Virus record (IMG/VR): IMGVR_UViG_3300046665_000548
Coordinates: 186,001-250,000 of that record
Direction: 5' to 3' (one strand)
Length of the DNA: 64,000 nt
The number at the start of each line of letters is the position of its first letter. Position 1 is the first letter of the stretch. The notes under the pieces are model-generated. The model made no database searches and was not told the origin of the DNA. It worked only from the letters and a program-made list of their open reading frames with translations. Below are positions 19,149 through 29,462 of this stretch, piece by piece. A program made the translations under genes and the position numbers.

Positions 19149-19811
19149 TTAAGCCTTAGCCTTGGTGGAACGCTTCGCCTTCGGGCGAGTCGTTGCTGTC
19201 GTATTCGTAGCTACCGCTACTTCGACGTTTTCAGACTTGCGGCTGGCACGCTTTCCAAGCTCCGGCACGTACACTGCTGCCTGATCCTGCTTGCGATCAG
19301 CCTCAGCCATGAGAACCTGGGCTTGACTGCGCAAGTCTTCTGCCTGACGAATCAGATTCTGAGCAATTGCCTGCTTGTCATCAGAACTTGCTGCTGCCGC
19401 GTTGGCGACATGCGGATTGTACTTGTTGACTGAGTGGGCGTAGTCAGGAGTTGCCGGGGGCAGAACGCTGCCCATGTTTTCCAAAATCTGGCGGAGCGGG
19501 AACGGCATGTTCGGGCGAGGGGTCATCACGACCTGATCGACGTGAACTGCCGTCATATAACCCTGCGTGTGAAGGGCTTCCATGACGTTCTGGCCTGTGT
19601 CGGGGAGGAGGCGTCGTCCCAGCACGGTGGCGAGATCGCGTTCAGCTTGGCCTTCAGGGCTTTCCACAATATCCATGACGGCGTTGTGAAAGCGCTCGGG
19701 CAGATTGTCAGTGGAAACAACCAGAGAATGATCGTCCTTGCCTGGAATCTGCATGAATACTACCACTACCCGCTGATCGGTATTGGCAATCCGTCCAATA
19801 TGTTTCTTCAT
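19149..19811 (-). CDS. Large-phage hypothetical protein
   Basis: 220-aa ORF with a coiled-coil/basic C-terminus. Confidence 0.65.
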   Translation of the reverse strand: MKKHIGRIANTDQRVVVVFMQIPGKDDHSLVVSTDNLPERFHNAVMDIVESPEGQAERDLATVLGRRLLPDTGQNVMEALHTQGYMTAVHVDQVVMTPRPNMPFPLRQILENMGSVLPPATPDYAHSVNKYNPHVANAAAASSDDKQAIAQNLIRQAEDLRSQAQVLMAEADRKQDQAAVYVPELGKRASRKSENVEVAVATNTTATTRPKAKRSTKAKA

Positions 19812-19812
19812 A

Positions 19813-20076
19813 TTAGGACTTTACAGCGGTAGCTGCTGCGGCAGCACCTTCGGCGGACTGATTCTTCTGTGCATCTTCAGCAGCGCTGAGGAAGGTATTC
19901 AGACGATTGCGAACAGTAAGAACCTGCTCGATTGTCTGCCATCCTTTGAACGCACCCTGCTCGGCAGCAAAGTCGATGACCTTAACGGCATTCTGGATGT
20001 CAGTGAGAGAAAGCACGACCTGCTCGTCAGCAGTGGTTGCCTCAGGCGCTGCCGCGCCTTTCTTCTTAGTAGTCAT
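19813..20076 (-). CDS. Small T4-like-phage hypothetical protein
   Basis: LSLTDIQNAVKVIDFAAEQGAF core; AAGGAG RBS. Confidence 0.6.
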   Translation of the reverse strand: MTTKKKGAAAPEATTADEQVVLSLTDIQNAVKVIDFAAEQGAFKGWQTIEQVLTVRNRLNTFLSAAEDAQKNQSAEGAAAAATAVKS

Positions 20077-20207
20077 TCGAATTGAAACTCCTTGGTTTTT
20101 AAAGTAGTTGATCAATATATCGCATCAACTTTTGGCCAATAATTGAATTGTCGCATAGTAAAGCAGTAAAGCGCAAATAAAAAGGGACGCGATGTGCGTC
20201 CCTTTTC

Positions 20208-20837
20208 TTACTCTTCATTGAGGTCTCGAAGACCTAGCTTCTTCGCTAGACGCTCGGGCTCTGTTTCCAAGCTCGTATAGCCAAGCTCGCCTGATGGCGG
20301 GTTGATACGGATCAGATCATCCTGCCATCCAATGTACGCCTTCCAAGACTCATGAGGAATCGAGATCGGAAAGCTCCGGCACTTGTTGACCAACTCATGA
20401 TAGGTCGGCCGATACGGCTTAGTCTTCGGCTGAATGCGCGCGTCGTTGCCGCGCTTGAAGTTGCACGGTCCACAGCACGCGACAAAATTCAGGTAACCAG
20501 TGCCACCCTTCTTCGACTTGGGGATCACATGGTCCACAGTCAGCTTGCCTGCCGGAAATACCTTGCAGCAATACTGGCACGTGTAGAGGTCTCGAAGGTA
20601 CAACAAATCCTTCGAGTAACCGATCCCACGTCGGAACTTGACGTAATCCTTAAAGATGATGACGCTCGGTACCTTGTAGGAACGAGACGGGCTTTTAACC
20701 TCCCATCCCTCATAGGTGTGGAGCGGGCGCGCAGCATCCAGATAGACGGCCTTAATCGCATCCTGCCAGCTAAGCGAGCTTAGCGGGAGAATGCTGATCG
20801 GCTGCCAGTCGGCATTAAGCGCAAGAACGTGTCCCAT
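20208..20837 (-). CDS. HNH endonuclease
   Basis: RDLYTCQYC...TVDHVIPKSK.G...N.VACCGPCNFKRG. Confidence 0.9.
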   Translation of the reverse strand: MGHVLALNADWQPISILPLSSLSWQDAIKAVYLDAARPLHTYEGWEVKSPSRSYKVPSVIIFKDYVKFRRGIGYSKDLLYLRDLYTCQYCCKVFPAGKLTVDHVIPKSKKGGTGYLNFVACCGPCNFKRGNDARIQPKTKPYRPTYHELVNKCRSFPISIPHESWKAYIGWQDDLIRINPPSGELGYTSLETEPERLAKKLGLRDLNEE

Positions 20838-20884
20838 ACTCCACCTGTTTGGTTTCTATTCCTATTTAATGAACCAAATTTGGT

Positions 20885-22084
20885 TCAATACATGTTGAAG
20901 TTGGCGACTTTTAGTCCATCGCCGTCAATTCGTAAAGCCGCAGATGACAATCGGCCGCCTTTTCCGGAGCCCGTGTCGAGGAAGATCGTGTTACCGCCGT
21001 TGCTGTTGACGACCGTCATTGGCTTGGCTGTTGAACGAATGTCATGGCCAACGATGACAGTCATATCGGCAGGAACATTCTCCGTCCAAGTGTAACGACG
21101 TGCTGGGCGTTCTTCATTATAGTTCGCATCGAATTCTCCAAAGAGCGCCCAGGTTTCTAATTCTTTTGCAGTTGCCGATCCCGTCCAGAAACCTGGATGT
21201 ACCCCAGCGTGAGTGAAAAGAATGTTGCCGATCACTCGCCAATGACTTGACCTACTGACGAGACCTTTGAACCGCCCCTGCCAGCGCTTTCTGGCGGGCA
21301 ATCCCAATGATCCTAGGGCGTCCGTGGTGACCTTGTTGCCGTCGCTCAGTCGAACAGACGTGCGACCTCGCTCAATCTGATTGATCCATCTCATGATCTT
21401 TCGTTCATGATTACCAAGGATCATCTCACCCTGGCCGCGCATAACAACGCGATAGACCTCATCAGCGACTTCCAGCGTGTCGGAGCCGTAATCGATCACA
21501 TCACCCAGGAAGATCATGTAATGGTTTCGAGATCGAGCCCAGTCCAACGCGCTCAACAGAGATTGATACATCCCGTGAACGTCCCCAATGACGGTGATGC
21601 CATTCCAGTTCGCTTTGAGGCTTTCCAGATCGGGCTTTGTTTTGTCTACAAGCGACGGCTGATGAATTCTCCAGTCAATGACCTCGGCCAGTCCGTCGCC
21701 ACGAAGCAAGTCTTTTTCAGCCGCGTAGAAACGCTGCACGGATTGTTCGTCCGCTCCAGCAGGATCACAAAGGAAGTAGAAAACCGGAACACCAATATCG
21801 CTTCCCAATCGCGCGAGAGACATTCGGTCTTCCCGTCGAAGATTAGGAGCGTCAACAACAACGCGTTCGCCAAGATCAAGCTTCACCTGAATGCGGTGCC
21901 TGATCTCAGCGAAAACAATCGAATTGATTTCTGGTTTACTTTTCTCACCTACGAGATTGTAGGTCACATTGGCAGCACTAAGAATCTCGTAATCGGGGAA
22001 ATAACGAGCAAGTGTTTGCTCTCGATTTACTTGAGATGGACTTACCGCAATTACTAAAGAATGAGAAGGAACAACTTTTTGCAT
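20885..22084 (-). CDS. Polynucleotide kinase-phosphatase-like protein: degenerate AAA_33 kinase plus intact calcineurin-like phosphoesterase
   Basis: GDVHG, GDVIDYG, GNHE, THAG, VGHD and LDTG motifs; the P-loop reads VSPSQVNRE. Confidence 0.8.
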   Translation of the reverse strand: MQKVVPSHSLVIAVSPSQVNREQTLARYFPDYEILSAANVTYNLVGEKSKPEINSIVFAEIRHRIQVKLDLGERVVVDAPNLRREDRMSLARLGSDIGVPVFYFLCDPAGADEQSVQRFYAAEKDLLRGDGLAEVIDWRIHQPSLVDKTKPDLESLKANWNGITVIGDVHGMYQSLLSALDWARSRNHYMIFLGDVIDYGSDTLEVADEVYRVVMRGQGEMILGNHERKIMRWINQIERGRTSVRLSDGNKVTTDALGSLGLPARKRWQGRFKGLVSRSSHWRVIGNILFTHAGVHPGFWTGSATAKELETWALFGEFDANYNEERPARRYTWTENVPADMTVIVGHDIRSTAKPMTVVNSNGGNTIFLDTGSGKGGRLSSAALRIDGDGLKVANFNMY

Positions 22085-22313
22085 TATAGAACACTGTACT
22101 GAAAACTTGAATGTAACTTCAAGTTTATTGTGTTCTACTACTACGTCGCCTAATTCGACGGAGCCAAAATGGCAGCGAGACGGAGTACACTCATCTCGCT
22201 ACGCAGCACGGTGAGGATCGCGTTGGCTTGCTTGATCTCACCTTCCGAGCGCAACTCACCCTCAAGCTTCGTGAGGGCTGCGCGCGTCTTTGTAACCTGG
22301 GTATTCGCGTCGG

Positions 22314-23708
22314 TCATTGCTTCTCCATAACCTCACTCATTGCTTGCATATCGAGCGCCGCAATCGGCGTATCGCCAGAGTACGCAAGCTTTGCGAATAG
22401 TGCGTCATTTGCCGTTGGAACGGCCATTGCTATGCAATAGTTGTCTTTGGCGCGGCGAACCTTGAAACTTACATTCGAGGCAATTTCCTCGAACGCTTTG
22501 ATGTCGTCCGGGCTGAGTTCGCTCTCGTAGCTAATCCGCCATTCTTTATCGATTTTCGCACGAACGACGACCATGCCTTGATATTTGTCGAGTTCGCCGC
22601 GTTTCTCGATATCGTTGAACAGTTTCCGAACCGGAGAGCCGAATTGAACGGTGAGCGCACGAAGTTTCCACGTTCGCTTGTACCATTCCTGGAGATCGAT
22701 GGTCTCAACCTCCTGCTTCGCGAGTTTGTCGAACTTAACCGCTTCCCAGGTTTCGGGTAGGTCCATTGCCTTCGAGTCGCCAGCCCAATCGGGCCGATCC
22801 GTGCCGGGCATGTCTTGATAATATCCGGACCAACCGAGGATTGACTGCTTCACTCGCGCCATATCATCAAAACGCTTGGCCTTCATGAACTTGTCCGTCA
22901 TGGTGAGCTTTACATCGGTACCGTTCCACTCAAGCCACGGCGTAGTTTCCATGAACAGCCCGGTCGAGCGGTCACGCAGAACGTATTGGAACGTGGTCGG
23001 AATATTGACGGCTTCCACAAACGGTCCGAGTTGGTTGAACGGTAGCAGGAAGTTATCCCCGTCAGCCTCGCAGGGCACACAGAGGCCGTCGTACAACATC
23101 CACACGTAACCGTTTCTCATCGCCGCGAGCGGATGAGTGGCGTTCCTAACGCCTGGAATCACGTTCCCACGACTGAACTTGCCGGTGACTTTGATCTCGG
23201 TCCCGGCCGCGAGCTTCACGTAAGGTTGGGCGATGTATTCGAACACCCCTTTGGCCTCAAGGGCAGCTTCGAGGTCCTTCAAAGAGCCCGAGACGCCAGC
23301 CTTTGACCGCTTAGCATCGTGAAACTTTCGATGGGCTTCGCTCCATCGATCATCGTTTTCGTTATACGTGAACGCGACATCTTCGGTAAGACGCCAGATC
23401 GAGCCCTTCACCATCTGCTGTTGCTTAGTGATTGCGCGCTCTTTTTTCGGAGCCGACGCCTTGGCGGGCTCTTCGGCAGGAGTGACGTAGCCGATCAGAG
23501 TCCGCTTTCCGGACCATTCAACGTAGCGAAGATCATTGCCTGGAACTGCGCCGAGACGAGGCAAGTACGCCGAGTGAAGATCATGAATGTATTTGACCTT
23601 CACGACCTGATCACGAGACGCTGGCTTAGGGTCGTCAAACCCATACCCATCGTAAACAGGAGTGCCCTTCGGTACGCGCACGTATCCGCCAACAACGATC
23701 TCCGACAT
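22314..23708 (-). CDS. Hypothetical protein (464 aa)
   Basis: Long ORF with AAAGGA RBS; no motif recognised. Confidence 0.7.
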   Translation of the reverse strand: MSEIVVGGYVRVPKGTPVYDGYGFDDPKPASRDQVVKVKYIHDLHSAYLPRLGAVPGNDLRYVEWSGKRTLIGYVTPAEEPAKASAPKKERAITKQQQMVKGSIWRLTEDVAFTYNENDDRWSEAHRKFHDAKRSKAGVSGSLKDLEAALEAKGVFEYIAQPYVKLAAGTEIKVTGKFSRGNVIPGVRNATHPLAAMRNGYVWMLYDGLCVPCEADGDNFLLPFNQLGPFVEAVNIPTTFQYVLRDRSTGLFMETTPWLEWNGTDVKLTMTDKFMKAKRFDDMARVKQSILGWSGYYQDMPGTDRPDWAGDSKAMDLPETWEAVKFDKLAKQEVETIDLQEWYKRTWKLRALTVQFGSPVRKLFNDIEKRGELDKYQGMVVVRAKIDKEWRISYESELSPDDIKAFEEIASNVSFKVRRAKDNYCIAMAVPTANDALFAKLAYSGDTPIAALDMQAMSEVMEKQ

Positions 23709-24004
23709 GCCGTCTCTTCCTTTATAGGGCTGGCTCTGGCGCTTCGCGCCTCAAAACATCAACCAGCGATGAGTAATAGATACGAGGAACGCCGAAGCGC
23801 CCGTCAGCAAACGTCGAAGCACGCCAATCACGACCGGTACTCCAGACGGTTATGCCGCCCTTCGTGAACGTAGCGGGATTGTGCCAATGATCGTTTCGAA
23901 AAGACACTTCCCAACCAGCCGCCTCGGCGTCCGGTATCGCCAAGAGATCGTCGCGAATCTTCTTTTTCTCTTTGATCTCGTCAACTACATATCCGGGTAG
24001 CAAA

Positions 24005-24673
24005 TTAAGCGCACTCATTTTCTTCCTCCGTGAACAATCTTGGGCCATCCCCAAACAGAGCCCAGCGGTCATCATCCGCAATCACAACGGGACCCGGCAA
24101 TGTCGATTGACCGAATCTGCTAATCAGAAACCACCCAAACCGATCCTCGGGCTTCCCAATGGAACGCAGTGGCGGGGGCCTATCGCTTCCTCCCTGGAAT
24201 GGCGCACCTGACCAATAATGGTCATGGATATCGCCAATAAATCCGTCTGTGACGCAGATCGCCGTGATTGGCTCTTTCGCCCCGATCATATAATCCGACA
24301 CCGGGCGGATCAGCGTTCCTCCACCACCCTGGAGTTGGATGCGGACCGCTTGCTCGGGTGAACCAATGCGCTGAACGCTCCGAACATCGGCGTCAAACTG
24401 CATCACAGACATCAGCGCGTGTTGTCCGACCTTCTCAGTTATGTACTGAAAAATAAATTTGGTCACACCGAGTATATGCCGAACGGGCATTCCTCCACTG
24501 ACATCGAGAGCGACCACGTAATGGCGTTCCGCCGTCAGAGGACCAAGTTGGCCCAAGAGACCGGCAGCACTTGCCTTCCAGATCGGTTTGAGCCCGTCAC
24601 TATTCATTTCGGTTTGTTTCGCGAAAGCTTGAACTGCGCAGTCGGATCGCATTTCTGGAATACAGCGAGCCAT
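24005..24673 (-). CDS. vWA-like domain protein (DUF2201 C-terminal type); start uncertain
   Basis: VALDVSGGM (DxSxS-like), QFDADV, GGGGT, CVTDG. Confidence 0.65.
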   Translation of the reverse strand: MARCIPEMRSDCAVQAFAKQTEMNSDGLKPIWKASAAGLLGQLGPLTAERHYVVALDVSGGMPVRHILGVTKFIFQYITEKVGQHALMSVMQFDADVRSVQRIGSPEQAVRIQLQGGGGTLIRPVSDYMIGAKEPITAICVTDGFIGDIHDHYWSGAPFQGGSDRPPPLRSIGKPEDRFGWFLISRFGQSTLPGPVVIADDDRWALFGDGPRLFTEEENECA

Positions 24674-25537
24674 TGATTCGCTGTTTCGTCCAAGCAGGAT
24701 CGCTCATGCACCCAGTAGCCGGTGACTGCATTGAAACGCCAAACACTCAAGGCTTTCTTCATGAAGTCATCCAAAAGTAGAGATAAAGAAGTCCCACGAG
24801 GATAATAGGCAACATCATGTAGATGATCAATAGGGTTCGAGGCCCGCCTATTTTTTCCAAGAAGAGCCGCGTCACTTAAGGCCCGCGTGCATCTGCTTCC
24901 AGAACTCCTGAGCATTGCCGTGACAGCCGCAATAGATGAACAACGCACGCATTGCGTCTTCGACAGTCCTGAACCACGTTGCGCCGGGCATGATGTTGCA
25001 GAGACCATCCGTGACGACGAAGCCGTGCTTCACGAAACCATAGTTTCCGGTGCCGGTGGTACCAGCGTTGCGCATCCAGTAGCCGGGGCCGCTGCCGAAA
25101 TCACGCTTTGGAACGATCCGAAAACGAGCCATTTTTAGTACCTCTCTTCAAAACCGTACATGGTTTTTCGGGCTTCCTGACTGTCGGTTTCAACGAAGTC
25201 AGAACCATCGTTGTACGCGTATCCAAAGATCAACGGCTCCTTGCCGCTCGCGATCTTATCCGAGACGTTGCTAACCGTCAGGTCTGACATTCCAGCGAAA
25301 GCTAGCTTGATCGCGTCCGCGTGGTTTTCACCGACGAATACCTTTCGACGGAACGTGACGGCTTTCAACCTGCCTGCCGGGGACGCCATTAGTCGTCGCC
25401 GTCGTCATTGGCGGCGAACATTCCTGCAACAATCGCCCCGAGCACAAGCCCGACAAAGTATCCGTCTGAGGCGTGGGCCTGTACCATTAGGCCCCATGAG
25501 ATCGCGAAGGCGGCGAAAATGATTGCGTACTTCATGA

Positions 25538-26014
25538 TCAGCGCTCGTAACGGGCCATGCGCTTCATCGCGCGGCGCTCTGCGGCAGCTTCCTGGGCCAT
25601 CGTCGGCATCGGCATCGGGACGCTCTTGTCACCGAATTGCGAGGCCACGTCGTAAAGGCGGAACAGATATTCCTTGCCCTTCGGGTTCTTCGCCTTGATC
25701 GGAGTGGCATCGCGAGTCGGCGCGACGCCCGTGATCGTATAGATGGTATTGCCCTGACGGAACGACTTGCCGAACCATTCCTTCTTGTAGCCGATGATGT
25801 TGGCGTAATTCTCGAATTCTTCCTTCGCGCTGTCCTTCGCGGCCTTCTGATCCTTCACCACAGCCTTGATCTTGAAGGTGCATTCCGTCGTGCCGATGCT
25901 GCCACCGCTGTTGATGAACATGAGGCCGTGCTTTTGGGCGACCTCCTGGAGAGCAGCGAGAATGTCGGCCTGAACGGCGGTGGCGTTTTCACGGTCGAAC
26001 TTGGTGACAGTCAT
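25538..26014 (-). CDS. Hypothetical early protein
   Basis: GGAGAG RBS; follows the early promoter at 26042-26069. Confidence 0.65.
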   Translation of the reverse strand: MTVTKFDRENATAVQADILAALQEVAQKHGLMFINSGGSIGTTECTFKIKAVVKDQKAAKDSAKEEFENYANIIGYKKEWFGKSFRQGNTIYTITGVAPTRDATPIKAKNPKGKEYLFRLYDVASQFGDKSVPMPMPTMAQEAAAERRAMKRMARYER

Positions 26015-26065
26015 GTGGCTCTCCAGCGTTTCGATAGACACAACATACCACGATTCGACAATACG

Positions 26066-26953
26066 TCAAGCGTTGCGTTTCATCTGCTTGTATCGACGGT
26101 CGTAAAAATCGAGCTTCTGCTCGTCAAAATTGGCGTTGGACGCCCGCATCTTTCCGCCATCCAGGAATAGCTCTGTCGCCCGAGCACGGTCCATGAAGGT
26201 CGATGCTTTGTCATCGACCCTCGGCCCCCAACCGAGACGGAGCAGAAAATTCAGAATACCGTCCGGATCATAGCCACGATCACGGTAATCGAGCAGGCTA
26301 GCCGCGCCGTCGCGCTTTGCCATTTTCTTGTTGGCCTTGAAGATCAAACCAACGTGCGCAAATTTAGGAATGTCCAGCGGGTTATCCGAGGCGTGGTTCA
26401 GCGCGGAAAAGATCGCAACCTGCTTAGCGGTATTCGCGATATGGTCGGTGCCACGGATGATGAAATTCACCTCCAGGTCCCAATCATCAACGATAGACGC
26501 GAACTGATAGGTGGCCTGTCCTAGCTTATCGCCGCCGCGCACCAGACATAGCCGTCCGTCGATCTCCTCAACCGCTTTGTCGGAAACCTGAATGTCGCCA
26601 GCGATCTCATCGCGCCAAACACGAGGCATGAACGGCTGCCAAGACAGCATGATCGCCCCATTGTCGGCGGTCGTGGCAAAGCCAGCGTCAAGAAGACGCC
26701 TAGCATAGGCGCTGTAAATCGGACCGCGCTCAGACTGGCGCACGAAACGATCCCAGTCCAGCCCAAGCCATTTCAGACCGTCAAAGATCGGCTGCTCGAC
26801 CTCAACCATATTCCTGTCGGCATCGGTATCGTCCATTCGCAAAATGAACTGACCGCCCGAAGCCTTTGCGGCGAGCCAATTGAAATAAGCCGTACGGGCC
26901 GTCCCGATATGCATCATGCCGGTCGGTGATGGTGCAATGCGCGTCTTGTACAT
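26066..26953 (-). CDS. Truncated glutamyl-tRNA synthetase-like protein (catalytic core only)
   Basis: RIAPSPTG, HIGT (HIGH), LRMDDTD, IRGTDH, KMAKRDG (KMSKS-like). It ends at 295 aa with no anticodon-binding domains. Confidence 0.9.
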   Translation of the reverse strand: MYKTRIAPSPTGMMHIGTARTAYFNWLAAKASGGQFILRMDDTDADRNMVEVEQPIFDGLKWLGLDWDRFVRQSERGPIYSAYARRLLDAGFATTADNGAIMLSWQPFMPRVWRDEIAGDIQVSDKAVEEIDGRLCLVRGGDKLGQATYQFASIVDDWDLEVNFIIRGTDHIANTAKQVAIFSALNHASDNPLDIPKFAHVGLIFKANKKMAKRDGAASLLDYRDRGYDPDGILNFLLRLGWGPRVDDKASTFMDRARATELFLDGGKMRASNANFDEQKLDFYDRRYKQMKRNA

Positions 26954-27240
26954 GGTTTACCAAAGGTTCGATTAAGAGTCGGACAGAACGTAGTAGGTGC
27001 GTGGCCTCGTTCGCATGCGCCACACGAAGTGCAACCACACTACGCGCGGCCACCCACCGGTAAGTTTTGACCGATCCCATTCGGCAGGCCCGTACAACCG
27101 GACCGGCCGCCACGCGAACCATCTGTGATAGGTATCGTCAATCGTGCGCTCGAAGATCATTTCGCCACCTTTAGCGTTTGTAAGAACACAAGAAGTATAC
27201 TTCGTCAAGCACTTCTCTGTGAATTTTGACTTGTCCTAGT

Positions 27241-27923
27241 AAAGGATTCGATAGTGCATCACGAATACCATACATCCAGGAGTGTAAAGGGGTCACCTCC
27301 GCCCCACAACCGATATCCGGGACAGTATACGAGACCTTCTGAAACAATGAGGTCGCAGACCGGACTTATGAGGCAGGGTGTGCCACCGAGCCGAGCACGA
27401 TCCCACAGGGGATGTGAAAGCGGCTGCTCGTCGGAGTTTAGCTCCGAAAAAAGGCACCGTCAGTAAGAGGAGAATTGTGTCTTGATCCATTTGACACGTC
27501 TCCGCGTGCAGTATGTCTTCTCATGCAACTGCACGAGTTTGGAAAAATCCCATAACCGTTGATGCCGTAACGACACCGGAAGCACAAGGCGCGTATCTGT
27601 TCAAGGCTCGTCCACAGAACGCATAACCCTAAAGCTTCGATTGTAGGTGGTCGGGCAGAGAAAGGGCGATTATGAGTGGTCTAGGGTGACCGCCACTCGC
27701 TATGTAAAAATAGCTACTCGCTTCGAGAGATGATGAACTCAGGTACAGATCATTGTTGCTTTCTCTCCTCTATGTTCGCAAGAACGTAGGGGGGAGAAAG
27801 CGAATCAAATCTAGGTACAGGATTATTATAAGTGATAATAATCGTGTATGGGTGCTCATGCGAGCTTGCGAGCAATGAGTGCACAGGAACAGGGGTGGTG
27901 AGCGAAGCGAGTACACCCCTCGC
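27241..27923. other. Hairpin-dense non-coding region (candidate origin or ncRNA)
   Basis: No credible ORF; hairpins at 27758-27801, 27821-27843, 27852-27883 and 27891-27920. Confidence 0.4.
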
Positions 27924-27937
27924 TAAATATCCATCCT

Positions 27938-28489
27938 ATGCGAGGAAATATTATCGATCTGCTTCTAGCTGAAGCGAAACGCAAGCCAGCTATCAAGGCT
28001 CTGGTAGACAAAATTCATGAACTCACTGACGAAGACATTGCGAATGCGCAAGTCCCGTTGCCTTGGTATCGGCAAGCCCTTAAGGGTTTGAAGCAGCAGA
28101 GTTCATTGAAAGATTTTGCACGAGATGTGGACAAGCACATCATTCATGGTTCTGTGCCTAATCCTGATGGAGAAGTTTTCCAGTGGATAGGCGGAGAAGA
28201 CTTTCTCCCATCAGGTCCATTTGGGAGCCTGCTCCAGATTACCCACGGAAAGTTACTTTGGCTCCCCACCAGCGGAGGAGTGTGGTTTGAGACAAGCTTC
28301 TCGCCGTCTGTACATCCAAGCATTCGAATGAACAGCCGCAAGGTCTGTGATGCAAACAAGACCGAGTACATGGAGATGTACAAGCGAGTAACTTCGCGCA
28401 ATGCTCCACCGGATACTCCTGTCATTGAAATATCAAGATCAACACCGCAAAGTCCTCTTGCGGCATTGGGAGTTCGCATCTATCGTTGA
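27938..28489 (+). CDS. Hypothetical late protein
   Basis: TAAATA at 27924-27929; starts MRGNIIDLLLAE. Confidence 0.65.
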   Translation: MRGNIIDLLLAEAKRKPAIKALVDKIHELTDEDIANAQVPLPWYRQALKGLKQQSSLKDFARDVDKHIIHGSVPNPDGEVFQWIGGEDFLPSGPFGSLLQITHGKLLWLPTSGGVWFETSFSPSVHPSIRMNSRKVCDANKTEYMEMYKRVTSRNAPPDTPVIEISRSTPQSPLAALGVRIYR

Positions 28490-28492
28490 CGG

Positions 28493-29128
28493 ATGTGGAA
28501 AAGCATCGGTGAACGTGAATTCAAACTAGGCAACAGGTTCTTGCATTGGCTGCACGAGCAGGTAGCCGATAACGAAGACGACTGGCTCCCTAATCCAATC
28601 GACATCGCCAAGAGTGCCCCGTTTGTGGATGACGGCCAGGGCGAAGATGACATGGAAACCCTACTTGGGATCATGCTCTGGATCAGGACCGCCCGCGCCG
28701 CAGGATATTATGGCGGTAAGAACTGGATACCCAGTCCGTCAGACCTGAGCAAGAGCGCGCTATTCGAGCGAATTCGAAGTGGCGTAGTGCCTCTTCCTGA
28801 GCCGCCGCCGCTTGGCTTTGCCTGTCCGTGGTACGCCGTGGTAGAGGACCCAGGCCCGCATTACGGCTATGAGGTGGCCTTTCATTCTGACGGCGGTTGG
28901 ATGAAGGAATGGCGAAAAGAGAACGAGGTTTCTGTTTACTCAAACATCTACGAGATCGTAGAAACGATTGACGCGAAGCATTTCATCGTCAAAGACAAGA
29001 ACCACGATACATCGTATCGCTTCCATCTCTGGTACGACGCAGACTGGCAGCATCCGTCGAATAGTCCTCACATTCTCCATGGTGGCTGGTTCCTACAGAA
29101 CGCTGTATTTCATGGAAAGACACCGTGA
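28493..29128 (+). CDS. Hypothetical Trp-rich protein
   Basis: 211-aa ORF. Confidence 0.65.
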   Translation: MWKSIGEREFKLGNRFLHWLHEQVADNEDDWLPNPIDIAKSAPFVDDGQGEDDMETLLGIMLWIRTARAAGYYGGKNWIPSPSDLSKSALFERIRSGVVPLPEPPPLGFACPWYAVVEDPGPHYGYEVAFHSDGGWMKEWRKENEVSVYSNIYEIVETIDAKHFIVKDKNHDTSYRFHLWYDADWQHPSNSPHILHGGWFLQNAVFHGKTP

Positions 29129-29460
29129 GACCCGGCGCTAATCAACAAGCGTGGATTGATAAACATCCGTGGTGGATTGCAAAACAAACACCACGGGAGT
29201 TTCGATTCGAAGAACATCCATACTACGCCGAATGGAAATATGATTTCCTAATGGAAGGTTGTCAGAATCAGGTTGTCGATTGCAACAAGTGCCTGCCTGA
29301 TTATCGCGTCGAACACATGTGCCCGTGTCGATATTTCCAACTAGAAATAGTTCGTGATTGGCTCAAGAAGAATTGTCGCGGACAAGTTTATATCGTCGGT
29401 GAGCGCGTTTCGATGATGGATGACCGAGATGCGGTTGATTTCAAACTTCGCTGGTGCTGA
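29125..29460 (+). CDS. W..DA..FKLxW paralog family protein
   Basis: VRDWLKKNC...MDDRDAVDFKLRWC. Confidence 0.65.
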   Translation: MRPGANQQAWIDKHPWWIAKQTPREFRFEEHPYYAEWKYDFLMEGCQNQVVDCNKCLPDYRVEHMCPCRYFQLEIVRDWLKKNCRGQVYIVGERVSMMDDRDAVDFKLRWC

Positions 29461-29462
29461 AG

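Noticed and set aside
20208-20837. HNH gene as part of a self-splicing intron
   Set aside because: It is free-standing with its own terminator and does not interrupt a gene; I saw no group I or II intron motifs.
26066-26953. Calling the truncated synthetase GluQ-RS (yadB/gluQ)
   Set aside because: The N-terminal signature (ARTAYFNWL) is GluRS-like and the zinc region is missing, so the function is left open.
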